Origin: Fidelibacterota bacterium
GTDB lineage: Bacteria > Fidelibacterota > Marinisomatia > Marinisomatales > S15-B10
DNA length: 64,000 nt
Assembly (NCBI GenBank): GCA_046861655.1
Contig: JBHIAI010000001.1
Location: 1 to 64,000 of the forward strand
Direction: 5' to 3'
In this document: piece after piece, positions 56,052 to 64,000 of the stretch
Numbering within the stretch: position 1 is the stretch's first letter
Layout of the letters: each line of letters starts with the position of its first letter
The notes under the pieces: generated by a model
What the model saw: only the letters and a program-made list of their open reading frames with translations
What the model was told of the DNA's origin: nothing
The model's database searches: none
Position numbers and translations under genes: made by a program

Positions 56052-56225
56052 GGCTGTTTCCCCCAGCGGGGCCAAAACTTATGACGTTAACACGTGTGTT
56101 GCCACAAAGTTTAACCCCACTGCATTCTTCTTGAATCTCACCCTCTGAATCCATAAACTGGCCGGAAGGTTGGGGACACCCTCAATTCCACTTCGCAGCA
56201 ATCTCTTTCACAGGAGGAGACCATC

Positions 56226-57188
56226 ATGAGGAAGCTGGTGTTTACGGGATTACTGGTGGTGATGGGATGTGCCAGTTTGATTCCCCTGAAAGTGGGGCCG
56301 CCGCGAGACATAACGGTTGACGTTACTCCAGAACGGATTGCCAGGGGTGAATACCTGGCCAATCATGTAACGCACTGCATCACTTGCCACTCTGAACTCA
56401 ACTGGGATTTTTACGCCGGTGGACAGCCCCAACCCGGCACCGAAGGCCAGGGTGGGGACCCGATCGCGGAAAACATGGGGATCATCGGGAGTTTTGAAGT
56501 GTTCGCGGGGAACATCACCCCTGCGGCCCTTAATGACTGGACCGACGGCCAGGTAATTCAGGCTATCACCGAAGGGGTAACCAGGGACGGCAGACCGCTG
56601 TTCCCGGTCATGCCGTACAGTGCCTTCCGCATCATGCCCGAGGAAGATGTCTATGCCATCGTGGCGTACTTGCGGCAGCTGAAACCGATCGAGAATCCCG
56701 TTGGCAAAAAGAAGATCAAGCGGATATTGAAACTCGTGGAGCGGACGTTTCCCAGTCCCTGGGACCCTCAACCTCTTCCCGATCCTTCCGACAGGCTGGC
56801 CTACGGAAAGTATCTGGCCACCATCGGAAGTTGCCATGGCTGCCACGACACCTTCTCGAGTTCAGGCAAGCCCATAGAGGGAATGACTCTTGCGGGAGGC
56901 AATGAGTTTGCCCTGCCCGAAGGCGGGACGGTCCGTTCCAGCAACATCACTTCCGATCCGGAAACGGGAATAGGGAACCGGTCAAGAGAGGAGTTCATCG
57001 GACTGTTCAAGTCCTTTCAGAATCCAGTCAAAATGGACGAGATGAATAGACACCAGAATACGGTTATGCCATGGCCGGCCTTCGCCGGGATGAAGGACGA
57101 GGATCTCGGGGCCATCTATGACTACCTCATGTGGGCCGAGCCAGTCAAGAACCGAGTGGAGAAGTATCCAGTTCTCGCGGTACCCTAA
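56226..57188 (+). CDS. Di-heme cytochrome c lipoprotein
   Basis: VMGC lipobox; RGEYL..CITCH and GKYL..CHGCH; NIT and MP motifs in both halves. Confidence 0.9.
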   Translation: MRKLVFTGLLVVMGCASLIPLKVGPPRDITVDVTPERIARGEYLANHVTHCITCHSELNWDFYAGGQPQPGTEGQGGDPIAENMGIIGSFEVFAGNITPAALNDWTDGQVIQAITEGVTRDGRPLFPVMPYSAFRIMPEEDVYAIVAYLRQLKPIENPVGKKKIKRILKLVERTFPSPWDPQPLPDPSDRLAYGKYLATIGSCHGCHDTFSSSGKPIEGMTLAGGNEFALPEGGTVRSSNITSDPETGIGNRSREEFIGLFKSFQNPVKMDEMNRHQNTVMPWPAFAGMKDEDLGAIYDYLMWAEPVKNRVEKYPVLAVP

Positions 57189-57263
57189 GGGATTATATTG
57201 TGTAAAGGATTCGGATAGGCGGTAGGTTACACGGTACCCGGAGGGAGTGCCCGGGTTCACAAA

Positions 57264-58421
57264 CTAGTCGAACAGTTTCTTGTACTTCCCGTATCCCTCC
57301 GCTTCCAATTCCTCTTTGGGTATGAACTTTAAAGCCGCCGAATTAATACAGTAACGCAACCCCGTCGGAGCAGGTCCATCGGTGAACACGTGTCCCAGGT
57401 GGGAATCGGCTTTCTTGCTTCTGATCTCCGTTCTTAGCATAAAGAGACTTCTATCTTCTTTTTCCGCCAGATTGCCTGAGTCTAACGGCTTGGTAAAACA
57501 AGGCCAGCCCGTTCCCGAATCGAATTTGTCCAGGGAACTGAATAGGGGTTCACCAGAGACGATATCCACGTATATGCCTTCTTTCTTGTTGTTCCAGTAT
57601 TCGTTGCTAAACGGTCGCTCGGTAGCCCCCTTCTGAGTAACCTCGTACTGGAGAGGCGTCAGCCGATTCTTTATTTCCTCATCCGTAGGTTTTTGAAATT
57701 TGGATGACGCCCCCCTTTTCTCTCCTCCCGCCCGGGCGGGAGGGACCGAGGAGGGTGTTGTCTCAACAGAGGAGGTTTTCCTGGATGATTTTCCCCACTT
57801 CTCTTTCAGGAATTCATCCCGGCCTGAGCCTTTGCGGTACCGTTTGTACCCGATAGTGTGCTTCCTGTAGTAATCTTGGTGATAATCTTCTGCTTTCCAG
57901 AATTTGGTGTAGGGGACAATTTCGGTGACGATGGGTCTGTCAAAGAGCCCTGACTTTTCCAGTTCTCGTTTTGATTCCTCCGCCAGGCGCTTTTGTTCCT
58001 CGCTGTGATAGAAGATTGCCGTACGGTACTGGGACCCCCGGTCCACGAAGGACCCTCCTGCATCGGTAGGATCGATCTGCCTCCAGAATATCTCCAGCAG
58101 GTCCGAATACCCCACCTTGCCAGGATCGTAGGTGATCTGAATGGTCTCGGTATGACCTGTCTTACCCGAGGATACCTCCTGATAGGTGGGGTTTTCCTTG
58201 TGGCCGCCGGAATAACCCGAGACCACAGTCCTTACCCCGTCCGTAGACTCAAAAGGGGGCTCCATGCACCAAAAACAGCCTCCGGCAAAGGTAGCCGTTT
58301 CAAGTTTTTGGGACCGCTTTTTCATAGAAAACTCCTGTTTGGGTCCGTCCCCACCTTTAGCATCGGAGCAGCCGGTGAGGACGAGAACGAAACTGACGCT
58401 GAAGAAGAGTACGTATTTCAT
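57264..58421 (-). CDS. msrAB: Lipoprotein fused methionine sulfoxide reductase MsrA-MsrB
   Basis: LTGC lipobox; [34 protein letters not shown]. Confidence 0.95.
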   Translation of the reverse strand: MKYVLFFSVSFVLVLTGCSDAKGGDGPKQEFSMKKRSQKLETATFAGGCFWCMEPPFESTDGVRTVVSGYSGGHKENPTYQEVSSGKTGHTETIQITYDPGKVGYSDLLEIFWRQIDPTDAGGSFVDRGSQYRTAIFYHSEEQKRLAEESKRELEKSGLFDRPIVTEIVPYTKFWKAEDYHQDYYRKHTIGYKRYRKGSGRDEFLKEKWGKSSRKTSSVETTPSSVPPARAGGEKRGASSKFQKPTDEEIKNRLTPLQYEVTQKGATERPFSNEYWNNKKEGIYVDIVSGEPLFSSLDKFDSGTGWPCFTKPLDSGNLAEKEDRSLFMLRTEIRSKKADSHLGHVFTDGPAPTGLRYCINSAALKFIPKEELEAEGYGKYKKLFD

Positions 58422-58657
58422 GCTCACATTTCGAAGGCCCTGCCGCACCTTCAACCAAAGTTAGGATGATTCATCCAGTTTGGCCACGGCAATTGTGAGA
58501 TCTCACCGGCTCCCCTCTTCCCAGAAAGTCATGTCCCCATCCGATAGAAACACTCCAGGTTTCACAAAAAGGTCCCCAAAAAAAGGGGAAAAACCATCGG
58601 GAATCTCTTGACGAGGATCGTGGTACACTGTATTTTCGCGGCCATAATTTGACGACC

Positions 58658-60094
58658 ATGGAGGAACATACACAGCAACCTAAGTCCCAGGAAGTCCTTG
58701 AGGAAGAGGCCTCCAGGGCAAGGAACACTCTGAACGTATCCATCAAGGAAGGGAACTGGTGGGCCATCATGGTGGGTTTTGGGGAATCGTATCTGACAGC
58801 ATTCGGCGAGTACCTGAAGGCCTCCCTCACTCAAATCAGCCTTCTGACTACCCTGCCTCAGGTGATATCCAGCCTGGTGCAGCTCGCCGCCTTCAAGATG
58901 ACAAATCTGATGGCCACGCGCAAACGGCTGGTAGTGACCGCTGCCATGATGCAGTCCGTTACCTGGCTTGCCATCATTGTGATTACGTATTTTGTTCGTG
59001 ATGTCACGCCGCTTCTTGGTTTGGCCGTCTTTTATTTTGTCTGCGGCGCCATGGGAGTGTCGCCGTGGATGTCATGGATGGGGGATCTTGTTCCCGAAAA
59101 ATCAAGGGGGAGGTACTTCGGGAGGAGAAACAGGATCGTCGGTTTTGTCTCGTTCGTGTCTGTTACCGCCGCCGGAATGATCCTGGACCGGCTGTCGAGT
59201 GTCAATCCGTTCAGCGGGTTTGCGGTTCTTTTTTCCATCGCTTTTATAGGTCGATTTATCTCCAGCCTGATGCTGGCAAACCAGTACGAACCCCAGGTCG
59301 AACTCAAAGCTCCGGAATCCTACAGTTTCTTAAGATTCCTCCGGAGGCTTCACAGGGAGGACTATGGCTTCTTCTCCCTTTACATCATGTTGATGATGTT
59401 TGCTGTCTATCTTGCCTCACCCCTCTTCATCGTCCTGTGGCTGAGGGTGTTCGAATTCTCCTACATGAAGTTCATGATTTTGGTCTCCAGTGCCTCCATC
59501 GCCAGCTTTATCACCATGACAGTGTGGGGAAAATCCGCGGATCGCTTCGGGAACAAGAGTGTCCTGGAAGTCTGCAGCTACCTGTTGACGTTCGTTCCCC
59601 TCCTCTGGTTCCCTCTGGGCTACCTTCCCCGGGAGATAACTTTCGTTCTGGGGATAGGAATACAAATCCTGTCTGGATTTTCATGGGCGGGATTCAACCT
59701 GAGTTCTGGCAACTTCGTTTACGATATGGTGACTCCCGAGAATAGGCTGAAATTCATTTCCTACCACACCGCCTTGAAGGGATCCTCCATATTCCTCGGA
59801 GGAATCGTCGGAGCCTTCGTCGCGGGCATCCCCGTTTCCGTTGCCTGGCTCCCTTCGGGCATCTACCTTATTCTTCTGATCTCAGGTGCAGCCAGGGGGC
59901 TTGTGGCCCTCACTTTTGTCGGGAGAATCCGGGAGGCCCGGGAGGTCGTCCGGCGTCCCCCGCTGCTTCGAATGGTCACTGTGGTGCCCGTTCAGGGACT
60001 GTACCTTGAAATAGTGGTGGGGATGAACCGGACTGCCCGGAAATTCCGGCAGGGAATGAGAAGAATCTGGAATCAGACCTCCGCCAGGGGTTGA
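58658..60094 (+). CDS. MFS transporter
   Basis: WMSWMGDLVP...RGRYFG.R, WGKSADRFGNK; about 12 TM helices; TTGACG-N17-TATTTT upstream. Confidence 0.88.
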   Translation: MEEHTQQPKSQEVLEEEASRARNTLNVSIKEGNWWAIMVGFGESYLTAFGEYLKASLTQISLLTTLPQVISSLVQLAAFKMTNLMATRKRLVVTAAMMQSVTWLAIIVITYFVRDVTPLLGLAVFYFVCGAMGVSPWMSWMGDLVPEKSRGRYFGRRNRIVGFVSFVSVTAAGMILDRLSSVNPFSGFAVLFSIAFIGRFISSLMLANQYEPQVELKAPESYSFLRFLRRLHREDYGFFSLYIMLMMFAVYLASPLFIVLWLRVFEFSYMKFMILVSSASIASFITMTVWGKSADRFGNKSVLEVCSYLLTFVPLLWFPLGYLPREITFVLGIGIQILSGFSWAGFNLSSGNFVYDMVTPENRLKFISYHTALKGSSIFLGGIVGAFVAGIPVSVAWLPSGIYLILLISGAARGLVALTFVGRIREAREVVRRPPLLRMVTVVPVQGLYLEIVVGMNRTARKFRQGMRRIWNQTSARG

Positions 60095-60127
60095 TTCTCA
60101 GCCACTGACGTCCTAAACTCGGTCACC

Positions 60128-61348
60128 ATGGGAAAAACTCGTACCTATCCGGTTCTGATTATTCTGGGGATTATGATCCTTTCTTACAGAGTGGCCGCGA
60201 CTCCTGGCCTGTCATCGAAGCTGGTGGCCCATGGCTTTTCCAAACCGGTCTACGTGACTTCCCACCCGGAAGATCCCTCACGCCTTTTTGTGGTTGAGCA
60301 GAAAGGGGTAATCAAGATCATCGAGAACGGCGAAGTCCTTTCAAGACCGTTTCTTGACATCACTGACCGGGTCCATAACCCCGTGACACCCGGGGATGAA
60401 CGAGGCCTGCTGGGTCTGGCCTTCCATCCTGTCTATCCCGAAAATGGCTTTTTCTACGTCAACTACGTGGACAGGGAAGATCACACCATTATCTCCAGGT
60501 TTCGGGCCCCATCCGATCCAAGGGTGGCAGACCACGACTCGGAGAAAGTTTTGATGAGACTTAAGCAGCCTTTCTCCAATCATAACGGTGGACATCTCGC
60601 CTTTGGACCCAAAGACGGATTCCTGTACATCGCCCTGGGAGATGGGGGGAAATGGGGGGATCCCTTCAATCACGCCCAGACGCTGGATAATCTGTTCGGA
60701 AAGATTCTACGTATCGATGTGGACAGGGCAGACCCCTACGGTATTCCTCCCGGTAACCCCTTTGTTCATGTTGCCGGAGCCAGGCCCGAAATCTGGGTCT
60801 ACGGCCTTCGAAACCCCTGGAGGTTTTCTTTTGACCGGACTACGGGGAACCTGTACATGGGGGACGTAGGTCAGGACACCTGGGAGGAAATCGATGTCCA
60901 GAGGGCTGGCAGCCCTGGGGGTGAGAACTACGGCTGGCGAATCATGGAGGGGAATCACTGTTACAACCCTCCGAAAGACTGTGACACGGAAGGTCTAACA
61001 CCGCCCGTGTGGGAGTACTCCAACGACGCCAACTACATGCGAACCCTCATGGGAAGGTCGCAGTTTGGCGTTACCGGTTGTTCTGTGACGGGGGGGTATG
61101 TCTACCGGGGACAGGCCATGCCTGAACTTCAGGGTACCTACTTTTTCGCGGACTACTGCTCGGGCAACATCTGGAGTTTTGAGTTTTCCCACGGCCGGGT
61201 CACGAATGTTCAGGATAGAACAGCAGAGATTAACCTGGCTGGCGGGGAATTCACAACGTATGTCTCGTCCTTCGGGGAGGACGCCACCGGGGAGTTATAC
61301 GTTGTTGATTATAATGGAGGTGTTTACAGGATCATTCGAGGAGAATAG
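60128..61348 (+). CDS. PQQ-dependent glucose/sorbosone dehydrogenase family protein
   Basis: ERGLLGLAFHP, NHNGG, GKILRID, GLRNPWR, SSFGED. Confidence 0.92.
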   Translation: MGKTRTYPVLIILGIMILSYRVAATPGLSSKLVAHGFSKPVYVTSHPEDPSRLFVVEQKGVIKIIENGEVLSRPFLDITDRVHNPVTPGDERGLLGLAFHPVYPENGFFYVNYVDREDHTIISRFRAPSDPRVADHDSEKVLMRLKQPFSNHNGGHLAFGPKDGFLYIALGDGGKWGDPFNHAQTLDNLFGKILRIDVDRADPYGIPPGNPFVHVAGARPEIWVYGLRNPWRFSFDRTTGNLYMGDVGQDTWEEIDVQRAGSPGGENYGWRIMEGNHCYNPPKDCDTEGLTPPVWEYSNDANYMRTLMGRSQFGVTGCSVTGGYVYRGQAMPELQGTYFFADYCSGNIWSFEFSHGRVTNVQDRTAEINLAGGEFTTYVSSFGEDATGELYVVDYNGGVYRIIRGE

Positions 61349-61363
61349 GACCGGAGGTTTCTC

Positions 61364-62017
61364 ATGGCATTCAAGAAGCTCGAGTTCCACCCACTCCCGG
61401 AGGAAGAGATGGTTCGGCGATCCATCGAATACCTGCGGGCAATGAAAACAAGAAGAAGCGTGAGAGATTTTTCTGACAGGTCCGTTTCTTTTGAGGTCAT
61501 AAAGAACATCGTAATGACGGCGGCCTCAGCCCCTTCAGGAGCCAACAAGCAACCGTGGACCTTCGTCATCGTGAAAGACCCCAGGATTAAGAAACGGATT
61601 CGCATAGCGGCCGAAAAGGAAGAAAAGGAGAATTACGAGCGCCGGTTTACTAACGAGTGGTTGGACGACCTGAACCTGTTTGGCACCGATTGGCACAAGG
61701 AGTTCCTGGAAATGGCGCCCTACCTTATCGTCGTCTTTAAGCACAGTTTTGATGTGGTAAGCGGGGAGCATCGCAAGAACTACTATGTCAACGAATCCGT
61801 TGGCATTGCCGCCGGGTTCCTGTTGACGGCGATCCACAATGCGGGACTCGTGGCCCTGACCCACACCCCGAGTCCCATGGGATTTCTGGCAGAAATCCTG
61901 AATAGACCGGCCAATGAAAAACCGTTCTTACTCATTCCGGTCGGTTTCCCAAGGGATGGTGCCGAGGTTCCCGTCCTGGATAAGAAAAGTTTCGAAGAAG
62001 TTGCCGTTGTTTGTTAA
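61364..62017 (+). CDS. Nitroreductase superfamily, iodotyrosine deiodinase-like
   Basis: RRSVRDF, APSGANKQPW, EEKENY, KEFLE.AP, LTHTPSPM. Confidence 0.85.
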   Translation: MAFKKLEFHPLPEEEMVRRSIEYLRAMKTRRSVRDFSDRSVSFEVIKNIVMTAASAPSGANKQPWTFVIVKDPRIKKRIRIAAEKEEKENYERRFTNEWLDDLNLFGTDWHKEFLEMAPYLIVVFKHSFDVVSGEHRKNYYVNESVGIAAGFLLTAIHNAGLVALTHTPSPMGFLAEILNRPANEKPFLLIPVGFPRDGAEVPVLDKKSFEEVAVVC

Positions 62018-62042
62018 AGGGAGGTCCATGGAGCTTGTTCAT

Positions 62043-62648
62043 TTATGGTTCCCCCGAAGACGTGGGCATCACAATACCCCCCTCACCTCCGAGTATTTCG
62101 CCGTTGCCCTGGAGAAACCACCGGCCAACCAGGGCCGCAGTCGCCGCATCCAGTTCATCTCCCGTCATGGTAGCCGTCAATCCCTCAACACCCATTCGTT
62201 TCAGTCCCCTGAGAAGCCCTTTGAGGTCCCGGTGCTGGCGGGGAAGACCCCACACGTCTTGAGCCGCACCGGGATAACACTCTACCGCCCTGTGCCCCAT
62301 CCCCTCAATTCTCTCCTTGAGAGCTAACCCACGTTCGGTCAACATTCGCATGGGGCCCAGGGTGATAGGAAAAAAGCGAATGCCCCGGCGCCGCAGCTCA
62401 TGGTCACACTCTCGAAAATGCTCACCGGAGCGGTCGTGAATGGTCTTTCGTCCCTTGGGCAGACTCAAAGGGGCATCTATGGAAACCAGCTCTGGCCGTG
62501 CCCGGTCTATGGCGTTAAGGATCTCTTCATCGTCCGACGCCACCTCAGTCGTTGCCATCATACCGCGCAGGAGACATATCCCCGTTGGGCGGCTGGGCGA
62601 GCCTGCAAGATCTACCCCAAGAACGACCATCGTTCTACCCTTTGACAC
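62043..62648 (-). CDS. DUF429 (RNase H-like) protein
   Basis: GVDLA, IDAPLSLP, ECYP, DELDA. Confidence 0.85.
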   Translation of the reverse strand: MSKGRTMVVLGVDLAGSPSRPTGICLLRGMMATTEVASDDEEILNAIDRARPELVSIDAPLSLPKGRKTIHDRSGEHFRECDHELRRRGIRFFPITLGPMRMLTERGLALKERIEGMGHRAVECYPGAAQDVWGLPRQHRDLKGLLRGLKRMGVEGLTATMTGDELDAATAALVGRWFLQGNGEILGGEGGIVMPTSSGEP

Positions 62649-63226
62649 TATTCAGGGTAGCCGTCGATGATTTCCTTTCGGCGGAAGCAGTCCATGGTAT
62701 GGTCGTTCACCATGCCAGTCGCCTGCATATGAGCATAGCAAATGGTGGAGCCCACGAACTTGAATCCACGCCGGCGAAGGTCTTCACTCAGGGCGTCAGA
62801 CTCAGGGCTGGTTGCCCGGTAATCCTTCAACGTTCTGATTTCATTCACCATAGGTTTACCATTCACAAAACGCCAGATGTAGGCATCGAAGCTGCCAAAT
62901 TCCTCCTGAACCTCGAGAAACTGTGTGGCGTTATGGATCGCGGCCGCCACTTTCAGGCGGTTGCGGATGATGCCGGGATTGTTCAGGAGCGAGTCAACCT
63001 TTGTCTGATCATAGCGGGCAACTTTTTGGGGATCAAACTGATCGAAGGCCTGTCGGTAGGTCTCCCGCTTTCGGAGCACCGTGTACCAGCTTAAGCCCGC
63101 CTGGGCCCCTTCCAGGGTAAGGAACTCGAAGATAAGTCGATCGTCGTGGACCGGGACCCCCCACTCGTTGTCGTGATAGTCGACGTAGTCTTGTTTGTCA
63201 GGATCGACCCAGGGACATCTCACCAT
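62648..63226 (-). CDS. tag: DNA-3-methyladenine glycosylase I
   Basis: RCPW, YHDNEWG, LEGAQAGLSW, IIRNRLK, FKFVG, NDH...C. Confidence 0.96.
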   Translation of the reverse strand: MVRCPWVDPDKQDYVDYHDNEWGVPVHDDRLIFEFLTLEGAQAGLSWYTVLRKRETYRQAFDQFDPQKVARYDQTKVDSLLNNPGIIRNRLKVAAAIHNATQFLEVQEEFGSFDAYIWRFVNGKPMVNEIRTLKDYRATSPESDALSEDLRRRGFKFVGSTICYAHMQATGMVNDHTMDCFRRKEIIDGYPE

Positions 63227-63379
63227 ACCACCTAAGTTTAGTGAAAAAAGCCCACCCTCGCAGGACTTTCTGCGTAAATTCCGGCGGCTGTGGTGGGACG
63301 GTAGCGAGCGAATCCCGCAAGTGTGCTGAAGAATCTACGGCAGGGATACCGACGAGTACAGTCAGGGGAGAACCAGAAG

Positions 63380-64000
63380 ATGAGCTGTTGTCAGTGTCAG
63401 GGTATTGAGACCTTTTTCAGTGATAAGATGGCCGCCCGGGAACTCAAGCGTTACCGGAAAAAGGGACCTTCCAAAACTACCCGGATGCTCATCGAGGCCC
63501 TTACCACGGAAGGGGTAGATGGGAAGACGCTCCTTGACATCGGTGGAGGCGTGGGGGCCATACAGCATGAACTGATGACATCGGGGGTGTCCAAGGTCAC
63601 GAACGTGGATGCGTCGGAGGCCTACATTCAGGCTGCCAGTGAGGAGGCCCAGCGGCGAGGTCTCGCCGATCGTGTAACCTATCATCACGGAGATTTCGTG
63701 GACCTGGCCGCTCAGATGGAGAAAGCCGATCTGGTAACGTTGGACCGGGTAATCTGTTGTTACGATGATATGGAGACGCTAGTGGGTTTGTCGGCTGACC
63801 GGGCCCGGTGGCTGTACGCCCTGGTGTATCCCCGGGATCGCTGGCTGATGAAGAGTGCTCGTCCCGTAGCCAATCTGTTCTTCCGGATCAGGGGGAATCC
63901 GTTTCGCATATTCGTCCATCCCACCGAGGCGGTGGACGCCCGGGTTCGCAGCCGGGGCCTCCATCCCCATGTTTACCGCAAGACGTTTCTCTGGCAGGTC
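63380..64000 (+). CDS. SAM-dependent methyltransferase with Cys-rich N-terminus; runs off the window end and is missing from the ORF track
   Basis: My translation: MSCCQCQGIETFF...YRKKGP...LLDIGGGVG...VDAS...GDFV...LDRVICCY; GGGGAG RBS upstream. Confidence 0.85.
   Translation, partial: MSCCQCQGIETFFSDKMAARELKRYRKKGPSKTTRMLIEALTTEGVDGKTLLDIGGGVGAIQHELMTSGVSKVTNVDASEAYIQAASEEAQRRGLADRVTYHHGDFVDLAAQMEKADLVTLDRVICCYDDMETLVGLSADRARWLYALVYPRDRWLMKSARPVANLFFRIRGNPFRIFVHPTEAVDARVRSRGLHPHVYRKTFLWQV

Noticed and set aside
56081..56115. GTTAAC/TTTAAC hexamers as another response-regulator box
   Set aside because: Spacing is not 11 bp and no -10 lies at the 27-nt offset seen at the other two sites.
63241..63375. 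Possible riboswitch or ncRNA between tag and the methyltransferase (CCCACC/GGTGGG, GCAG/CTGC stems)
   Set aside because: Stems are short and match no family I recognise; an Rfam search would be needed.
63362..63970. Minus-strand ORFs 63362..63688 and 63779..63970
   Set aside because: Shadows of the plus-strand methyltransferase starting at 63380.
1..64000. tRNA, rRNA, integrase or prophage genes
   Set aside because: None recognised; intergenic gaps are short and show no cloverleaf or rRNA signatures by eye.

Overview
A gene-dense, moderately GC-rich bacterial chromosome segment. Three secreted proteins with NYPNPFN-type FlgD/Por-secretion-like tails, a TonB receptor-DUF4249 pair and a DUF5916 protein suggest an FCB-superphylum organism such as Ca. 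Marinimicrobia; this is inference. Left to right: a trehalose/alpha-glucoside cluster (GH63-like, GH13, two Na+:solute symporters, TreT, ROK kinase); a KamA-like radical SAM enzyme; coaBC; envelope and housekeeping genes; an OmpR-type two-component system with a TPR/TolB partner and a giant nested-propeller secreted protein; a peptidase/Nudix/Tat-PLP enzyme/RidA/AhpD run; an AT-rich AAA/DUF234 ATPase; transporters; an HgcC-like AbrB protein; msrAB; an iodotyrosine-deiodinase-like nitroreductase; and tag. I saw no rRNA, tRNA, CRISPR array or transposase. Highlights: (1) a hidden CxxU selenoprotein AhpD with a SECIS-like hairpin, directly downstream of an exported PLP lyase and an exported RidA; (2) the DUF234 ATPase gene is bracketed by a 37-bp imperfect inverted repeat with identical block spacing; (3) 11-bp-period CTTCAC boxes define a likely regulon of the two-component system; (4) a propeller-in-propeller giant protein; (5) palindromic elements inserted in frame in proteins; (6) an ATA-start sixA; (7) several apparently leaderless genes. 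All family calls come from motif recognition, not database searches.
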